The notes beneath the pieces were generated by a model. It was not told the origin of the DNA. It ran no database searches and was given only the letters and a program-made list of their open reading frames with translations. The position numbers were made by a program, and so were the translations under genes. This document shows positions 49,648 to 58,344 of a stretch of 64,000 nucleotides of DNA, one piece after another; positions within the stretch are counted from its first letter, which is position 1; the number at the start of each line of letters is the position of its first letter. Origin of the DNA: an uncultured Verrucomicrobiae bacterium (lineage in GTDB: Bacteria; Verrucomicrobiota; Verrucomicrobiia; Chthoniobacterales; Chthoniobacteraceae); NCBI GenBank assembly GCA_963836755.1, contig CAWIKF010000001.1, positions 96,001-160,000 on the forward strand, in the 5' to 3' direction.

Positions 49648-50811
49648 ATGCCAGAAGAACTCAGCTACGTCATCCTCACGCCATATTCGATGCGCAAATC
49701 GCGCACCGGCGGGATCATCGCCCGGCTCATCTCACGCACCGGACTCGATCTCGTGCGCGCGCGGATGTTCGCGCCGAGCAAGGAATTGACGGAGAAATAC
49801 GCGGAGACGATCGTGACCGACCCGGAGCCGCGTCATCGCAAAACGCAGGAGCAGGTGCGCGATTACGTTTTGCAGAATTTTCAGCCCGACGCTTCCGGCC
49901 AGCGGCCGCGCGTTTTGTTCCTCGTCTTCCGCGGCGAAAATGCGATCGCGCGCATCCGCAACGTCGTCGGCCACATCGTCAATGAACGGACGAGCGGCGA
50001 GACGATTCGCGACACGTTCGGCGATTACGTCACGAACAAAAACGGCGACGTCACGTATTTTGAACCGGCCGTGCTCGCGCCGCCCGATGCGCAATCGGCC
50101 GAGCGGAATATGAAACTTTGGGCCGAATATTCCGACCGTGACGGCGGCCTGCTCGACGACGTGGTGCAGCACTCGACCGGCGCCAACGTCCAGAAAACGC
50201 TCGTGCTCATCAAGCCGGACAATTTCCGCTTTCCAAACGCACGGCCCGGCGGCGTCATCGATCTTTTTTCACGCACCGGCCTTTATATTATTGGCTTCAA
50301 AGTCCACCGCATGAGCGTCGCGCAGGCCGAGGAATTTTACCGGCCCGTGCTCGACGTCCTGATGGAAAAACTCAAGGAGCCGACCGGCGTGCGCGCGCGA
50401 CTCTCGATCGAAAACGAAATCGGACTCCCGCTCACCGAGGAGGTCCAGCGCAAGCTCGGCGAATTGCTCGGCCCGATCGCCGGGCGTCAAAACTGGGAGT
50501 CAATCGTGCAGTTCATGGCGGGGTTGAAACCGAGCGAATGCCCCGCCGATCGCCGCAACGATCCGGGAACGGAAAAATGCATTGCGCTCGTTTATCAAGG
50601 CGTTGATGCCGTGCGAAAAATCCGCGAGGTTCTCGGCCCGACCGATCCTTCCAAGGCGCCTCCCGGCTCGATTCGCAAGGAATTTGGCCAGACGATCATG
50701 GTCAATGCCGCGCACGCATCCGATTCCGCCGAGAATGCGGAGCGCGAGATGAAGATCGTGCAGATCGACGAGAATAATCTGAAGCCGTTGATCGAAGTTC
50801 AATTTGCGTAA
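49648..50811 (+). CDS. ndk: Nucleoside-diphosphate kinase with two tandem NDK-like domains
   Basis: TLVLIKPD, IREVLGPTDP..PGSIRKEFG..NAAHASDS in the C-terminal half; degenerate copy in the N-terminal half. Confidence 0.85.
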   Translation: MPEELSYVILTPYSMRKSRTGGIIARLISRTGLDLVRARMFAPSKELTEKYAETIVTDPEPRHRKTQEQVRDYVLQNFQPDASGQRPRVLFLVFRGENAIARIRNVVGHIVNERTSGETIRDTFGDYVTNKNGDVTYFEPAVLAPPDAQSAERNMKLWAEYSDRDGGLLDDVVQHSTGANVQKTLVLIKPDNFRFPNARPGGVIDLFSRTGLYIIGFKVHRMSVAQAEEFYRPVLDVLMEKLKEPTGVRARLSIENEIGLPLTEEVQRKLGELLGPIAGRQNWESIVQFMAGLKPSECPADRRNDPGTEKCIALVYQGVDAVRKIREVLGPTDPSKAPPGSIRKEFGQTIMVNAAHASDSAENAEREMKIVQIDENNLKPLIEVQFA

Positions 50812-50846
50812 ATCAAAAATCGTTAAAACTTAAAAATCCAAATCTC

Positions 50847-52010
50847 ATGACCATTTCATCCCGCGCCAGCAGCCTCACCCCATCGCTCACTCTTTCCATC
50901 GACAGCAAAGCGAAAGCCATGAAAGCCGAAGGAATCGACGTGTGCGGTTTCGCCGCCGGCGAGCCCGATTTTGACACGCCCGAGCACATCAAAACCGCGT
51001 GCATCGACGCGATCAAATCCGGTTTTACAAAATACACGCCGAGCTCCGGCATGCCGGAATTGCGTGCGGCCATCGCGGAAAAATTTCTCAAGGACAACCA
51101 GCTCGAATACAAATCGCACCAGATCATCGTTAGCAACGGCGCGAAGCAATCGTGCTTCAACGCAATCGCGGCGACGTGCGAACCGGGCGACGAAGTTTTG
51201 ATCCCGACGCCGTATTGGCTGAGCTATCCGGAGATGGTGCGGCTCGCCGGCGCGGAGCCGGTGTTCGTCCAGACGGCCCAGGAAAACGGCTGGAAAATGA
51301 CCGCAGAGGATTTTGAAAACGCGATGACGCCGCGCACAAAAATGGTGATCATCAATTCGCCCGGCAATCCGACCGGCTCTGTTTACACGCGCGAGGAACT
51401 TTCCAAGATCGCCGAGGTCGCGATTGAGGAGGACATTCTCATTCTCTCGGACGAAATTTACGAAAAGTTGACTTACGACGACGCGGAGCATGTCAGCATC
51501 GCGTCGCTCTCGCCGGAAGCTCACGACCTGACAATCACCGTGAACGGCTTCAGCAAAGCCTACGCGATGACCGGCTGGCGTCTCGGCTATCTCGGCGCGC
51601 CCGAACCAATCGCGAAAGCGATCGATTCCATCCAAAGCCACAGCACCTCGAATCCATGTTCGTTCGCGCAAAAAGGCGGCCTCGCCGCGCTCCGTGGCGA
51701 TCAGCAGGCGGTCTCAGACATGCGCGATGAGTTCAACCTTCGCCGCGATTATATGTTTGATCGGCTTTCAAAAATGAATGGCATCAGCGCGGTCAAACCG
51801 CTCGGCGCATTCTACATTCTCGCGAACATCAGCCGCCTCTCGCTCACGTCGCAAAATTTCGCCGACCGTTTGCTCAGCAAGGCAAACGTCGCCGTCGTCC
51901 CCGGCATTGCTTTTGGCGACGACCGGACGATCCGTTTCAGCTACGCGACGAGCATCGATATCATCAAAACCGGTCTCGACCGGTTCGAAGATTTCTGCCG
52001 GACGCTGTAA
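50847..52010 (+). CDS. Class I PLP-dependent (aspartate) aminotransferase
   Basis: GEPDFDTP, NSPGNPTG, LSDEIYE, FSKAYAMTGWRLG. Confidence 0.95.
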   Translation: MTISSRASSLTPSLTLSIDSKAKAMKAEGIDVCGFAAGEPDFDTPEHIKTACIDAIKSGFTKYTPSSGMPELRAAIAEKFLKDNQLEYKSHQIIVSNGAKQSCFNAIAATCEPGDEVLIPTPYWLSYPEMVRLAGAEPVFVQTAQENGWKMTAEDFENAMTPRTKMVIINSPGNPTGSVYTREELSKIAEVAIEEDILILSDEIYEKLTYDDAEHVSIASLSPEAHDLTITVNGFSKAYAMTGWRLGYLGAPEPIAKAIDSIQSHSTSNPCSFAQKGGLAALRGDQQAVSDMRDEFNLRRDYMFDRLSKMNGISAVKPLGAFYILANISRLSLTSQNFADRLLSKANVAVVPGIAFGDDRTIRFSYATSIDIIKTGLDRFEDFCRTL

Positions 52011-52014
52011 AAGT

Positions 52015-52164
52015 TCAGCGCAAAATCGCCAGCCCAAGCAGGCCGGTGATGATCAAATAAATCGCGACGATGTAGTTGAGCAGCTTTGGCGCGATCAGAA
52101 TCAAAATTCCGGCGATCAGCGCCACAAGCGGCCCGAAGTGAACGACATGCAGGTGCATGAACAT
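52015..52164 (-). CDS. DUF3096 family small membrane protein (49 aa; below the ORF track cutoff)
   Basis: Manual translation: MFMHLHVVHFGPLVALIAGILILIAPKLLNYIVAIYLIITGLLGLAILR. Confidence 0.85.
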   Translation of the reverse strand: MFMHLHVVHFGPLVALIAGILILIAPKLLNYIVAIYLIITGLLGLAILR

Positions 52165-52231
52165 CGTTCGTGAATCGGCTGCTTCGCGAGCGCATCGCGC
52201 GCGGAATTTGCGAGCTTTTAACGCATCGTTA

Positions 52232-52322
52232 AATGTTCACGGCGTAAACATTGATGCCGATGAATGTGCATATTTTCTTGTTTTGTGAACATATCCGGCG
52301 TGATCTGTTCATGACGTGAACA
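52232..52322. promoter_or_regulatory. Two TGTTCA-N5-T(G/A)AACA palindromes in the fic promoter
   Basis: AATGTTCACGGCGTAAACATT (52232-52252) and TGTTCATGACGTGAACA (52306-52322, covering the GTG start). Confidence 0.55.
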
Positions 52323-53422
52323 CGTTCAATCGCACCAAACCTTACAACGATCTGCCATTGCTGCCGCCGCGCGGCACGCTGGAAACAGTGCCCGTGCTGA
52401 AGGCGGCGACGCGCGCGCATCGCCGGCTGGCCGAGCTGAAAGGCCGCACGAACACCGTGCCGAACCCGACGATTTTGCTGAACACAATCGCCCTGCAGGA
52501 AGCAAAGGCGAGCTCGGAAATCGAGAACATTTTCACGACGAACGACGAACTTTACCGCGGCATGAGCATGGAGGCGCTGAGCGCGAGCCCGCACGCGAAG
52601 GAAGTTTTGCATTACAACGAAGCGCTGTGGCAGGGCGCGGAAACGCTGCGCAAAAGCGAAGTTTTTTCCACGAACCTCGCGGTTAAAGTTGTCAACACCA
52701 TCAAGGAAAACGACGCGGGAATTCGGAATTTGCCCGGCACGCAGTTGATCAATCCGAACACGAAGGAGGTCATCTACACGCCGCCCGACGGCGAAAAGCG
52801 CATCCGCAATTTGCTGCACAATTTCGAGAAATTTGCGAACCAGGGCGGCGACGATCTGGACGCGCTCGTGAAGATGGCGATCCTCCATTATCAGTTCGAG
52901 GCAATTCATCCGTTCCACGACGGGAATGGCCGCACGGGCCGGATCCTGCTGATTCTTTACCTGTTGCACGAAAAGTTGCTCGACCAGCCGATCCTGTTTT
53001 TGAGCCGTTACATCATTGAAAACAAAACACGTTACTATCGGTTGTTGCGCAGTGTGACGGAGGAGGGCGCGTGGGAGCAATGGATTCTGTATCTCCTGCA
53101 CGCCGTGGAAATGACGGCGCATGAAACGTGCGAAAAAATCAACGCGATCGCCGAGCTGCTGGTCGCGATGATCGAGGAAGCGCGCGTCAAACTGCCGAAG
53201 CGAATTTTTTCCAAGGAATTAATCGAGCAGCTTTTCGTGCAGCCGTATTGCAAAATCAAATTCCTCGAGGAAGCCGGCATCGCGCGGCGCGTGACAGCGT
53301 CACGCTACTTGCACGAGCTGGAAATGGCGAAGCTGGTCCGCGTGCAAAAAGTGGGCACGGAAATGCTTTTCATCAATTTCCGGCTCGTCGATCTGCTCGG
53401 CGGCGAGTCGCGTAAACGTTAA
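52316..53422 (+). CDS. Fic family protein adenylyltransferase with C-terminal wHTH
   Basis: HPFHDGNGRTGR; inhibitory SSEIEN; C-terminal RVTASRYLHELE. Confidence 0.93.
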   Translation: MNTFNRTKPYNDLPLLPPRGTLETVPVLKAATRAHRRLAELKGRTNTVPNPTILLNTIALQEAKASSEIENIFTTNDELYRGMSMEALSASPHAKEVLHYNEALWQGAETLRKSEVFSTNLAVKVVNTIKENDAGIRNLPGTQLINPNTKEVIYTPPDGEKRIRNLLHNFEKFANQGGDDLDALVKMAILHYQFEAIHPFHDGNGRTGRILLILYLLHEKLLDQPILFLSRYIIENKTRYYRLLRSVTEEGAWEQWILYLLHAVEMTAHETCEKINAIAELLVAMIEEARVKLPKRIFSKELIEQLFVQPYCKIKFLEEAGIARRVTASRYLHELEMAKLVRVQKVGTEMLFINFRLVDLLGGESRKR

Positions 53423-53429
53423 CGCGCGT

Positions 53430-54806
53430 TTAAATATGAATCGCGCGACCGAAGGCGGCTTCGGTCGCTTCCTTCACCGCTTCGCTCAGCGTCGGGTGCG
53501 CATGGATCGTCGCCTCGATCTCCTCGTGCGTCGCCTCGAGCGTGATCGCAAGGCCGAGCTCCGCGATCAGCTCCGTCGCTTCCGCGCCAATGATGTGCGC
53601 GCCAATGATTTCACCGTGCGGCTCGCCAATGAGCAGTTTCACGAAACCTTCGCTCTCGCCCACTGCCAGGGCTTTGCCGCTGGCCTGAAATGGGAATTTG
53701 CCGACTTTGAATTTGAGCCCTTTTTCTTTCGCCGCGCGTTCGGTGAGACCGACGCTCGCGACTTGCGGCTGGCAATAGGTGCAGCCGGGAAACGTGGTTA
53801 CTTTGCGCGGAGTTCCTTTGTTAAACATTCCGTCAACGGCTTGCGTCGCCTCGTAACTCGCAACGTGCGCGAGCCACGGCGGTCCGATGATGTCGCCCGC
53901 GGCGTAAACGCCGGGCACGCTCGTCTCGTATTTGTCGTCGGTTTTGATGTAGCCGCGCTCAGTCAAATCAAGTTTGACGCCACCGGGCAGCAGCGGCGCA
54001 ACACCGATTGCCACAAGCGCGACGTCGGCTTCGATGATTTCGGATGTTTTGCCCTCGACGGAGATTTTGACGCCATTTTCCGTGACCTCGGTCTTCGTTG
54101 TTTTCGTGCTGGTGAAAATTTTGATGCCGGCTTTTGTCAGCGATTTTTCCAGCAACACGCTTACTTCCGTGTCTTCGACGGGAAGAATGTTCGGCATCAT
54201 TTCCACGACGGTGACTTCCGTTCCGAATGCGTTGTAAAAATACGCGAACTCGATGCCGATCGCGCCGGCGCCGATGATGACCAACGACTTCGGCTGTGGA
54301 TCGAGCACCATCGCTTCGCGGCTGCCGATGACGGTCTTGCCGTTGAAATCCAAGCCCGGCAATTGCCGCGTGACGACGCCGGTTGAGACCAAAATCTTCG
54401 GCGCGGTGTGCGTTTCTTCCTTGCCGTCCTTGCTTTTCACCGTGACGGAACCGGCCTTTGGAATCGACGCTTCGCCGCGCAGGTAGTCGATTTTGTTTTT
54501 CTTGAAAAGGAATTCGATGCCGCCGGCGAGCTTGTCGGCGACGTTGCGGCTGCGCTTGATGACCTTGCTCCAGTCGAAGCTCAGGTTGTCGAATTTGAAG
54601 CCGAAATCTTCGGCGCGGTGGCTCATTAGATGAAAAAGCTCCGCATTGCGCAGCAGCGATTTCGTCGGGATGCAGCCCCAGTTCAGGCAGGTGCCGCCGG
54701 CGCGTTCTTTTTCCACGCAGGCCACTTTCTTTCCGAGCTGCGCGGCGTGAATCGCGCCGACATATCCCGCTGGGCCGCCGCCAATGACAATGAGGTCGTA
54801 ATTCAT
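53430..54806 (-). CDS. lpdA: Dihydrolipoyl dehydrogenase
   Basis: GGGPAG, GGTCLNWGCIPTK, GAGAIG, HAHPTLSE. Confidence 0.97.
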   Translation of the reverse strand: MNYDLIVIGGGPAGYVGAIHAAQLGKKVACVEKERAGGTCLNWGCIPTKSLLRNAELFHLMSHRAEDFGFKFDNLSFDWSKVIKRSRNVADKLAGGIEFLFKKNKIDYLRGEASIPKAGSVTVKSKDGKEETHTAPKILVSTGVVTRQLPGLDFNGKTVIGSREAMVLDPQPKSLVIIGAGAIGIEFAYFYNAFGTEVTVVEMMPNILPVEDTEVSVLLEKSLTKAGIKIFTSTKTTKTEVTENGVKISVEGKTSEIIEADVALVAIGVAPLLPGGVKLDLTERGYIKTDDKYETSVPGVYAAGDIIGPPWLAHVASYEATQAVDGMFNKGTPRKVTTFPGCTYCQPQVASVGLTERAAKEKGLKFKVGKFPFQASGKALAVGESEGFVKLLIGEPHGEIIGAHIIGAEATELIAELGLAITLEATHEEIEATIHAHPTLSEAVKEATEAAFGRAIHI

Positions 54807-54921
54807 AGGAACAACAAAGATGCGTGCGGCGGCGGAGCGTCGTCAAAGGATTTGTCGCGACGAAAGCGGAGATCGCCGCGACGGAGCTCGTGAACTTTTA
54901 CTGCAAACGCGATTCGCGTTC

Positions 54922-55386
54922 TTACGTCAAATCGAGCGAGTCGAGCAGCGCGCCATTGATGCGGCCGGTCGGGGCGAGGCCGTGATCGCGTTGATAGGAA
55001 GCGATCGCTCCGCGCGTGCCTGGCCCGATGACGCCATCGACCGCGCCATAGTAATATCCTTCGTGGCGCAGACGGCGCTGCACGTCGACGACGACGTTTG
55101 CCCCGACGACTGTGGCTTGATAGACGGGCCGTGAATAATAAACCGGCTCGTCGTAAAAATATGGATTGTAGGAGTAGCCGCCGTTGATGAAGACGACGCT
55201 GTCGTGGCGATGATAGCGATTCCACCAATCGCGGTCGTGGTGATCGTGGTGGTCGCTGTCATGATGATCGTCGTGGTGATCATCGTGGTGGCTGTCGTGA
55301 TGATCGTGGTGATCGTAGGCGTTTGCCGAGCCGATGAAAGCGAGGCTGGCTGCGGCAGCGAGTGACGGGAGATTAAAAAGTTTCAT
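54922..55386 (-). CDS. Secreted His/Asp-rich protein with a C-terminal peptidoglycan-binding domain
   Basis: Signal peptide, HHD repeats, VQRRLRHEGYY.GAVDGVIGPGTRGAIASYQRDHGL. Confidence 0.85.
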   Translation of the reverse strand: MKLFNLPSLAAAASLAFIGSANAYDHHDHHDSHHDDHHDDHHDSDHHDHHDRDWWNRYHRHDSVVFINGGYSYNPYFYDEPVYYSRPVYQATVVGANVVVDVQRRLRHEGYYYGAVDGVIGPGTRGAIASYQRDHGLAPTGRINGALLDSLDLT

Positions 55387-55436
55387 TGGTTTCTTTTCGA
55401 CGGGACATTGTCCTTCGTATTCAAAATCGGATGGCG

Positions 55437-55994
55437 TCAATTTTTTGCGTGGTCGCTCCACTCAGCCGCGACGCTCCGTTTTTGCTGCGAATGATCGTGG
55501 TAAAAAAGACGCCGGTTCTTGCAGCCGTATTCGTGGAGCAGCTTCGTCACTTTTACGTCAAAGCAGCAATACTCCGCGATCTCGAGCAGACGGCCTTCGC
55601 GGAACCATTTGATCGCGTCGATTCCGCCTGCGGTTTTTCCCGTGCCGAGCGTCGCCTGCGCGAGCGCGTTGAGCGCGACGCGATGCCCGAGGCGCGGCTC
55701 GAGATCAGCGAGGATATCGAAACTGCAAAGCTGGTGCTTCAAGTCGAGCACCGTGTAACCCATCAGCACCTCGTAATCGAAATTGACCGTGTTGAAACCG
55801 ATGACCAAATCCGCGCGCAAGAGCTGCTCGATCAAATCATCGACGCGCTTTTCCGGGAACACCCGATATTCGCCGGTGCGCGTGCTGTAAGTGACGCCGA
55901 CGGACATTCCCATGTCGCGTTTTTTTTGCCAGCCGCCCGCGTCATTAGCCGTCCGTTGCGTTTCGAGATCAAAGTAGACGATGTCGCGAGCCAT
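55437..55994 (-). CDS. RNase H-like / 3'-5' exonuclease domain protein (YprB-like)
   Basis: YFDLETQ, IGFNTVNFD, EYCCFDV (DEDD-type motifs). Confidence 0.85.
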   Translation of the reverse strand: MARDIVYFDLETQRTANDAGGWQKKRDMGMSVGVTYSTRTGEYRVFPEKRVDDLIEQLLRADLVIGFNTVNFDYEVLMGYTVLDLKHQLCSFDILADLEPRLGHRVALNALAQATLGTGKTAGGIDAIKWFREGRLLEIAEYCCFDVKVTKLLHEYGCKNRRLFYHDHSQQKRSVAAEWSDHAKN

Positions 55995-56024
55995 GCAGCC
56001 TTGTAAAAAAGTGCGTGCGCGATT

Positions 56025-57251
56025 TCAAGCTTCGCTCAACTCCACCGACTCGCCGACAGGTGCTGGCGAAGTGCGGAAAAGTGTGAGCACAAGCACGAAC
56101 GCGACCAGGAGCAGCAGTCCGCTGAGCGTAAACGGAGTGCGACCGTAGCGTGAACTGATGTCAAACGTGGCCACCCAGCCGCCGATCGCCGGCCCGACCG
56201 CGCGGCCGAGGCTGCCGGAACTTTGCATCAGCCCGAGCGCGCGGCCCTGCCAGCGCTTGTCCACGCTGCGCGAAAGCAGGCCGTTGAGCGTCGGCGTGAG
56301 GAAGCTGTTGCCGATCGCGAGCCCAGCGCTGGCGGCCAAAAGCGCAGTGATGCCGCCGAGTTCCTTGCTCACAGCCAGCGCAAAAAGACTCAGCGCCAGC
56401 AGGATCGCGCCGAATGCCGCGAGCTTGCGTTCGCCATATTTTTTCACCATGTGCCGGATCATTCCGCCCTGGATAATGACGCCAATGACGCCGATTCCCG
56501 CAAAGACATAGCCGGTGTGTTTCGCGTCAAAACCGAAGCGGTGGTCCATGAAGAGCGCGTAAAGCGCCGTCATGATGGAGAAGCCGGTGATGAGGAAAAA
56601 ATAGATCGCGATGACTGTCGTGAGGATCTGGCGGTTCGAGTGCTGCAACACGTCGCGGATTGGCTGACGCTGCGCGGGATGCGATCGATGTTCAGCGTCG
56701 AGGCTTTCGGGCAGCCGGAAAAAAATCCAGATCGCGTTTAAAACCGCGAGCGCAGACGCGAAATAAAATGGCGCCGAATAGCCGTAGCGCCCGCTGAGCA
56801 ATCCGCCGATCGCGGGGCCAAAAATAAACCCGAGGCCGAACGCTGCGCCGATCAACCCCATCGCGCCCGAGCGCTCCTCCGGTGTCGTGATGTCCGCGAT
56901 GTATGCTTGAGCCGTTCCGATATTCCCGCCGGAAATTCCATCGATGATTCGCGCCGCAAAAAGCATCGCGAGCGTCGTCGCGGCGCCCATGATGTAAAAG
57001 CCGATCGCCGATCCGATCACGCTGATGATGAGCACCGGCCGGCGTCCCACGCGGTCCGAAAGTTTTCCCCAAACCGGTGCGCCGAGAAATTGCACAGCCG
57101 AATAAATGCCGACGAGAAAACCGTTCATCACCGACGAAGCGCCAAAGTGCATCGCATAAAGCGGCAGCACCGGGATTACGATGCCGAAGCCGATCATGTC
57201 GATGAAAATGGTCAGCAAAATAATGCTGAGCTGTGTCTTTTTAGTAGCCAT
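56025..57251 (-). CDS. MFS transporter (TetA-like DHA1)
   Basis: DMIGFGIVIPVLP, GKLSDRVGRRP, GFIFGPAIGG. Confidence 0.92.
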   Translation of the reverse strand: MATKKTQLSIILLTIFIDMIGFGIVIPVLPLYAMHFGASSVMNGFLVGIYSAVQFLGAPVWGKLSDRVGRRPVLIISVIGSAIGFYIMGAATTLAMLFAARIIDGISGGNIGTAQAYIADITTPEERSGAMGLIGAAFGLGFIFGPAIGGLLSGRYGYSAPFYFASALAVLNAIWIFFRLPESLDAEHRSHPAQRQPIRDVLQHSNRQILTTVIAIYFFLITGFSIMTALYALFMDHRFGFDAKHTGYVFAGIGVIGVIIQGGMIRHMVKKYGERKLAAFGAILLALSLFALAVSKELGGITALLAASAGLAIGNSFLTPTLNGLLSRSVDKRWQGRALGLMQSSGSLGRAVGPAIGGWVATFDISSRYGRTPFTLSGLLLLVAFVLVLTLFRTSPAPVGESVELSEA

Positions 57252-57287
57252 TGAAATGAGAGCTGCGGGAACTTTGACGCGCAGCGC

Positions 57288-57500
57288 TCAATGGCACCCG
57301 CAACCGCCGGAGCCGCATGAATGCTTGCTCGGCGCCGAATCCGGCGATCCTTTTTGCACGAAGCCATAGCCGCCGCTGATCACGCGCCGCACCGGCTCGC
57401 CCGTCTCCGGATCCGCCGTCAGCGGCGCATCGCGCATGCTTTGCTTCAGCTCGAAACGGCGCTTCGTCTGGCCGGTCGTCTCGTAAACATAGATGGGCAT
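57288..57500 (-). CDS. FmdB-family zinc-ribbon-like small protein
   Basis: MPIYVYE..FELKQSMRD.PLT.DPETGEPVRRVIS..CGSGGCGCH. Confidence 0.8.
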   Translation of the reverse strand: MPIYVYETTGQTKRRFELKQSMRDAPLTADPETGEPVRRVISGGYGFVQKGSPDSAPSKHSCGSGGCGCH

Positions 57501-57636
57501 GCGGGAAAATTTAGACGATGCGCGAGCGGTGTCAAAGCTCTCATCCGCGCGCTGCGGCGTGTCGATTTCCGCCCGTTTTTTGCGCACGTGGAAAATCTTG
57601 CACTTTGCGCGTGAACCTTTGAACTTGTGCGCACTG

Positions 57637-58341
57637 ATGCTCTCCGAAATCGCGCAGTTGCTCGTTCTCCAGGATCGTGATCGCAAAATCCGCACGCTGC
57701 GGATGGAGCTAAAAATGGTGCCGCTAGAGCGGGGCGATCTCGAAACCAAACTCGCTTCGCAGCGCACGCAGCTCGACGCCGTGAAACAAAAAGCGAAGGA
57801 GATTGAGGTCGAAAAGAAAAAACTCGAGGTCGAGGCGCAGTCAAAACGGGACTCGATCGCGAAGTTTAAAACGCAGCAATTTCAGACGCGCAAAAACGAA
57901 GAATTTCAGGCGCTGGGAAATGAGATCAGACATTTCGAGTCGGACATCCAGGCGGTCGAAGATCGTGAACTTGAACTGATGGACGACGCGGAAAAATTGA
58001 AAACCTCGAACGCGGCGGCGGAAAAAGATTTCGCGCAAATCAAGAGCCGCATCGACGCGCAGCTCGCGGATTTGGATGCGAAAATCCAGTCGATCGAGAC
58101 GCACCTGAAGGAGCTGGAAACCGAGCGCGCCGGCCTCGCCGCAAAGGTCGATGAAGATTTACTGGACCGCTATGATCGCCTGTTTGCGAGCAAAGGCGAC
58201 GCGGCCGTCGTGCCGCTCGAGCACGAGGTTTGCATGGGTTGCCACATGAAAATCACGACGCAGACTGTGTTCCGCGCGAAGGCGGAAAAAGAGGTGGTGA
58301 ACTGCGAGCAGTGCGGCCGGATTCTCTATCTCGCCGACTAA
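57637..58341 (+). CDS. Coiled-coil protein with a C4 zinc ribbon (DUF164)
   Basis: LLVLQDRD, long coiled coil, CMGCHM..CEQCGRILY. Confidence 0.9.
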   Translation: MLSEIAQLLVLQDRDRKIRTLRMELKMVPLERGDLETKLASQRTQLDAVKQKAKEIEVEKKKLEVEAQSKRDSIAKFKTQQFQTRKNEEFQALGNEIRHFESDIQAVEDRELELMDDAEKLKTSNAAAEKDFAQIKSRIDAQLADLDAKIQSIETHLKELETERAGLAAKVDEDLLDRYDRLFASKGDAAVVPLEHEVCMGCHMKITTQTVFRAKAEKEVVNCEQCGRILYLAD

Positions 58342-58344
58342 AGT

